This document shows positions 35,914 to 39,575 of a stretch of 39,575 nucleotides of DNA, in pieces; the stretch's first letter is position 1; each line of letters opens with the position of its first letter. Under the pieces are notes generated by a model. It was given only the letters and a program-made list of their open reading frames with translations. It was not told where the DNA came from and did no database searches. The stretch is from Candidatus Staskawiczbacteria bacterium (GTDB taxonomy: Bacteria; Patescibacteriota; Minisyncoccia; Minisyncoccales; Staskawiczbacteraceae). The position numbers and the translations under genes were made by a program. Location of the stretch: NCBI GenBank assembly GCA_943357015.1, contig CALRFZ010000002.1:1-39575 (forward strand). The letters are read 5' to 3'.

Positions 35914-36468
35914 CTAGTAAGAATGAGTTTCCACTTCTAGTTGAAAGTCATATACCTGTTGTTGATTTTTTGATTTATTGGCATCTTGTGACGCAACTGG
36001 AGATTTGAAAGCAATAGCGTTTACCTCAAACAAGCGCGCGGAAGTTTCTAGTGAGGCTAGAAAGTTTTTTAATCCTTGATAATTACCTAAAACATTTAAA
36101 GTAAAAATAATATCTTTAATTTCTTTATTATCAGCTAAAGAAGAATTTTTTGTCATAACCACCGATTTTACCACCAGACCAGATTCAGCTCCCTTTTTTT
36201 GAAAAAAGTAGACTAACGGCGCCAAAGAAGAATCGGTTGGCAAAGCAATATTAATTTTTTCCAAAAGATCCTTTTTATCATCAATATCTTTAGATAAACT
36301 GGCAATTTTGGCATAATATTCAACATCTGCATCATACTTTGCCTGATTTTGCGCCAATTTATTTTCCAAACTAGATGATTCTTTGTATTTTGGAAAAACA
36401 AAAAGCAACGCCACAACAAGCGCAACGACAAAAATTATAATAGTAGAAAAGGTTTTATTAAATGTCAT
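35914..36468 (-). CDS. pilO: PilO-like pilus assembly protein
   Basis: N-terminal TM, a coiled coil, then the LP...L..L motif region ALPTDSSLAPLVYFFQKKGAESGLVVKSV. Position follows the pilM-pilN-like genes. Confidence 0.55.
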   Translation of the reverse strand: MTFNKTFSTIIIFVVALVVALLFVFPKYKESSSLENKLAQNQAKYDADVEYYAKIASLSKDIDDKKDLLEKINIALPTDSSLAPLVYFFQKKGAESGLVVKSVVMTKNSSLADNKEIKDIIFTLNVLGNYQGLKNFLASLETSARLFEVNAIAFKSPVASQDANKSKNQQQVYDFQLEVETHSY

Positions 36469-36483
36469 ACAAACCAGCTTGAT

Positions 36484-37017
36484 TTAATAGCTAAAAATCT
36501 TGGGATTTAAGGTCAAACTTAAAGTAAATTTAATTTTCCCCTGTTCGGTTATTTGTGAATTTAACACAGAAATTGCGATTACATAATCTTTACTTTCTTC
36601 CAAAACTTTAATCTGATTACTCAAAGTTGCCATATTATCCGATTCTCCACCCAAATTAATATTATTTTTTGCCTCTAAAATACTAAGATTGGAAAACCAA
36701 ACGCTAGGCAAGGTCTTTTTTTCAATAAAGTTAAATATATTTAAAGATATTTTATGATTATTAATAATTTGACTTACGTCATCAATCTTTTTTTTATAAG
36801 CTAAAACTTTAGCCTCAACTTTTTTTTGTTCTGGGGTGTTATACAATAGCGCTTTAATATCCAAATCATTAATTTTTTTAGTATCTATATTAACTTTAAG
36901 CGCCAATACTATATAAATTAAAAACACAATCGCCAACAAAAAAATTGCAAGGTATAGCATTACGCTTGGCCAACGAGACTGATTATCTTTTAATTGATAA
37001 AATGCTCCAGAATCCAT
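36484..37017 (-). CDS. pilN: PilN-like pilus assembly protein
   Basis: Bitopic TM VMLYLAIFLLAIVFLIYIVLAL. C-terminal INLGGESDNMATLSNQIKVLEES resembles the PilN core. The call is mostly position-based. Confidence 0.45.
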   Translation of the reverse strand: MDSGAFYQLKDNQSRWPSVMLYLAIFLLAIVFLIYIVLALKVNIDTKKINDLDIKALLYNTPEQKKVEAKVLAYKKKIDDVSQIINNHKISLNIFNFIEKKTLPSVWFSNLSILEAKNNINLGGESDNMATLSNQIKVLEESKDYVIAISVLNSQITEQGKIKFTLSLTLNPKIFSY

Positions 37018-37120
37018 ATCAAGAAAATTTTGAATTTTTAATTTCTAATTTCTAATTTCTAAAATTTAGGAATTATATATTTTAAATTTGGACTTTAGTA
37101 TAAATTATACCTTAATAAAT

Positions 37121-38188
37121 TCACTCATCCAATCCTCCCAGCGCCACGCCAATTGTGGCAGAAAAACTTGGACTTAAATCCTTAAGGGTTTCCTCAAGTA
37201 TGGGCGGATACAAAAAATCGGAAAAACAATTAGGCGCCAAAACGGTCTTTTTTAAACTCTCGGAAAAATATTCTTTTAAACCCGGCAAATTAGCCGTGCC
37301 ACCAGTTAAATAAATTTCTTCAATTGGTTTTTTTTCTGCCTGCAAAAATTCCTCAACAATATTTTTTATATCTGCCAGCAGAGGATCAATTAAAAGGTAT
37401 AAAGCTTTAGTGACATCCTGACGCTTAAATAACAATCCCTCTTTATTAATTATGTCTTGAGCTTGCGCCAAATCTACCTCTAAAACCTGCGCAACAGATT
37501 TTAATAATTGCCCGCTATTAAAATTAAAACTATAACTTTTTCTCAAAAAACCTCTTTCCACAATATTAATTGTAGAACTTTGCGCGCCAATATCAATTAT
37601 GCAAATTGACTTTTTATTGTTTTTTACCAAGGCCCGCGCTACGCCCAAAGCCTCAGCTTCTAGCGCGTATAATTTAAGTCCAGCCAAACGAGCTATTTCT
37701 TTGTAAGATTGAATAACCTGATTAGGAACTGCCACCAAAAAAACCTTAATTGGTTTAGATTTATCTCTTTGCAAACTTGGCTCAACCAACCAATCTAATG
37801 TAACTTCTGAAATTGGCAAGGTAATATACTGGGAAGCGTTAAAGTAAATTGCATTTGGAATTTCCTTTTCTGTCATTTGAGGAATTTCAAACGAGGTGCA
37901 AAAAGTAGAAAAATCAGGGATAGAAAAAATAGCTGATTTGGTTTTAATATTTGCCTCATCCAAAACCCCGCGTATAGTTTTGGCAATAAAATCATTGGAA
38001 AGCAAAGACCGGCCTTTTTGATTGGCATCCATTAATTCTTTATAAAAAGATGCGGATTTAATTTCTCCGTAATTTTCCACGGTTTTTCCTTGACCAAAAC
38101 GAGAAATTTCCACTATTTTAATAGAAGAAGTGCCAATATCAATCCCCACCATTTTTTTCGGAAAAAACATTCTAAAAGGATTAAACAT
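37121..38188 (-). CDS. pilM: Type IV pilus assembly protein PilM (actin-like ATPase fold)
   Basis: MVGIDIGTSSIKIVEI, ICIIDIGAQSSTINI and IYLTGGTANLPGL. Confidence 0.85.
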   Translation of the reverse strand: MFNPFRMFFPKKMVGIDIGTSSIKIVEISRFGQGKTVENYGEIKSASFYKELMDANQKGRSLLSNDFIAKTIRGVLDEANIKTKSAIFSIPDFSTFCTSFEIPQMTEKEIPNAIYFNASQYITLPISEVTLDWLVEPSLQRDKSKPIKVFLVAVPNQVIQSYKEIARLAGLKLYALEAEALGVARALVKNNKKSICIIDIGAQSSTINIVERGFLRKSYSFNFNSGQLLKSVAQVLEVDLAQAQDIINKEGLLFKRQDVTKALYLLIDPLLADIKNIVEEFLQAEKKPIEEIYLTGGTANLPGLKEYFSESLKKTVLAPNCFSDFLYPPILEETLKDLSPSFSATIGVALGGLDE

Positions 38189-38196
38189 AAGCTTAA

Positions 38197-38302
38197 TTTT
38201 GAATTTCCAATTTTGAATTTCGAATAAATTTATAATGCGTCAATTTTATAAACAAAATCTGAAATTCGATTTTTATTCAAAATTCGAAATTCGAAATTAA
38301 AA
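38197..38302. repeat. Heptamer palindrome in the divergent pilM / comF control region
   Basis: The arms 38197-38228 and 38272-38302 are complementary at about 27/31 positions. Confidence 0.7.
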
Positions 38303-38342
38303 ATTATGCTTTAATTATACACTATTTAAAAAATATTGTATT

Positions 38343-39164
38343 GTGAATAAAATGAATGCAAAAATAAAGGGTATTAAACCCTGTGTCGCCTGCGACGTTC
38401 GTGCACAAACGCATCACAATGTGTTTGTGCACTCACTATCCTGGGCAATAAAGAATTTTTTACTAGAAATTTTCTTCCCTTCTTTTTGTTTGGGTTGTAA
38501 AACTGAAGGAACTTTACTGTGTCAGGATTGCCAAGCCACACTAGAAATTTTGCAATATAATTATTGCCTCTGCAATAAAAATCCTCTACGACTAGCGCCA
38601 AATGAAAAAAATAGTAAATGCCAGCGTTGCCAAGATAAAAAACTAGCAGGAATTTACACTGCCTTATCCTACAAAGAAAAATTTTTAACCAAAAAATTAA
38701 TCCATCAATTTAAATATTCTCCTTACATAAAAACTTTAGCCAAGCCACTGGCAAAAATAATCACGGAACACTTACTAATAACCCAAAAAAATACTGAACA
38801 AATTTGGGCCAATAGCATTTTAGTGCCAGTGCCAATGGAAGTTTCTGGTCAAAAGTCTCGCGGTTACAGCCAAACCCAAATTCTAACTAAAGAGCTGGGA
38901 CATTTAATAAATGTCCCAGCAGTATTTGACTCATTGATCAAGATAAGAAAAACTCTACCCCAAATGAAGCTTTCCGCCAAAGATCGCGCCCAAAATCTTA
39001 AAGACGCTTTTGCCGTAAAAAATTCTCGCCAGATTAGTGGTAAAAAAATATTTTTAGTTGATGATGTCTACACCACAGGATCTACCATGGAAGAATGTGC
39101 CAAAACTTTAAAATCCGCCGGCGCTAAGCAAGTCTTTGGCATTACTATTGCCAGAGAAGAATAA
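38343..39164 (+). CDS. comF: ComF family protein (ComFC-like phosphoribosyltransferase with N-terminal Zn finger)
   Basis: FFPSFCLGCKTEG..CQDC, a second C...C pair and PRTase loop IFLVDDVYTTGSTMEE. The start is uncertain (GTG 38343, ATG 38352, or GTG 38421/38427 after a 10-bp hairpin). Confidence 0.8.
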   Translation: MNKMNAKIKGIKPCVACDVRAQTHHNVFVHSLSWAIKNFLLEIFFPSFCLGCKTEGTLLCQDCQATLEILQYNYCLCNKNPLRLAPNEKNSKCQRCQDKKLAGIYTALSYKEKFLTKKLIHQFKYSPYIKTLAKPLAKIITEHLLITQKNTEQIWANSILVPVPMEVSGQKSRGYSQTQILTKELGHLINVPAVFDSLIKIRKTLPQMKLSAKDRAQNLKDAFAVKNSRQISGKKIFLVDDVYTTGSTMEECAKTLKSAGAKQVFGITIAREE

Positions 39165-39241
39165 TTTTAAGCATATTGCTTCTTGCTTAGCTTATGCTAG
39201 AGTAAACTCAATTGTTAAATTTTTAACAGAATTAAAATTCT

Positions 39242-39575
39242 ATGTCTGACAGACTTTCTAAAGTCAATTCTCTTTTAGCTCACGAAATTAGCAAAATAAT
39301 TGCTCAGGATTTTGAATTTTCTGGCGGTATTATTACCTTAACCCACGTTGACGCCACGGCCAACTTAATTGAAGCTCGCGTATATATTTCTGTTTTACCC
39401 GAAGAAAAAACTGATTTAGCTGTTAAGGCATTAAATAATGATGTTTACAGTATTCAGCAAAAATTAAACAAAACACTTAATATGCGACCAGTTCCCAGAA
39501 TTAAATTTATCAAAGATGCAATTTTGGTTGAGGCAGCCAGAATTGAAGAGCTATTGGCAACATTGAAAAAAGAAG
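39242..39575 (+). CDS. rbfA: Ribosome-binding factor A (3' end runs off the window)
   Basis: My own translation: MSDRLSKVNSLLAHEISKIIAQDFEFSGGIITLTHVDATANLIEARVYISVLP...MRPVPRIKFIKD...RIEELL. This fits the RbfA KH-like pattern. It is absent from the ORF track because there is no stop inside the window. Confidence 0.75.
   Translation, partial: MSDRLSKVNSLLAHEISKIIAQDFEFSGGIITLTHVDATANLIEARVYISVLPEEKTDLAVKALNNDVYSIQQKLNKTLNMRPVPRIKFIKDAILVEAARIEELLATLKKE

Overview
AT-rich, gene-dense bacterial chromosomal segment. Hand counts on sampled 60-nt lines give about 27-43% G+C. By inference it looks like a reduced-genome, Patescibacteria/CPR-like organism. The left two thirds hold housekeeping genes: uvrC, secG, an orphan family-5 solute-binding protein, a cupin-type PGI, tRNA-Leu(CAG), RNase J, trpS, PMM/PGM, rpsF-ssb-rpsR, recA, ftsK, rpoB-rpoC, a SEDS protein and ligA. 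The right third is a minus-strand type IV pilus / competence-pilus locus: pilM-N-O, one unknown gene, pilB, pilT, pilC, major pilin, pilD and four minor pilins. It has no secretin and is flanked divergently by comF and rbfA. Two things are not explained by ordinary annotation. (1) A cassette of about 0.8-1.1 kb sits between the rpoC terminator and the ftsK promoter (15.5-16.6 kb). It has about 55-65% G+C, GC3-rich codons and a canonical Shine-Dalgarno site, whereas the native genes I checked have none. It encodes a 187-aa protein I cannot place in any family, bracketed by two long interrupted hairpins and followed by a possible 28-aa hydrophobic peptide ORF. (2) Almost every intergenic spacer is built from degenerate tandem heptamers arranged as long imperfect palindromes. 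Several families recur as near-identical copies at distant loci, and the same heptamer words occur in frame inside pilD and ligA and at apparent N-termini of pilin ORFs. All calls rest on motif reading by eye. No database search was possible.
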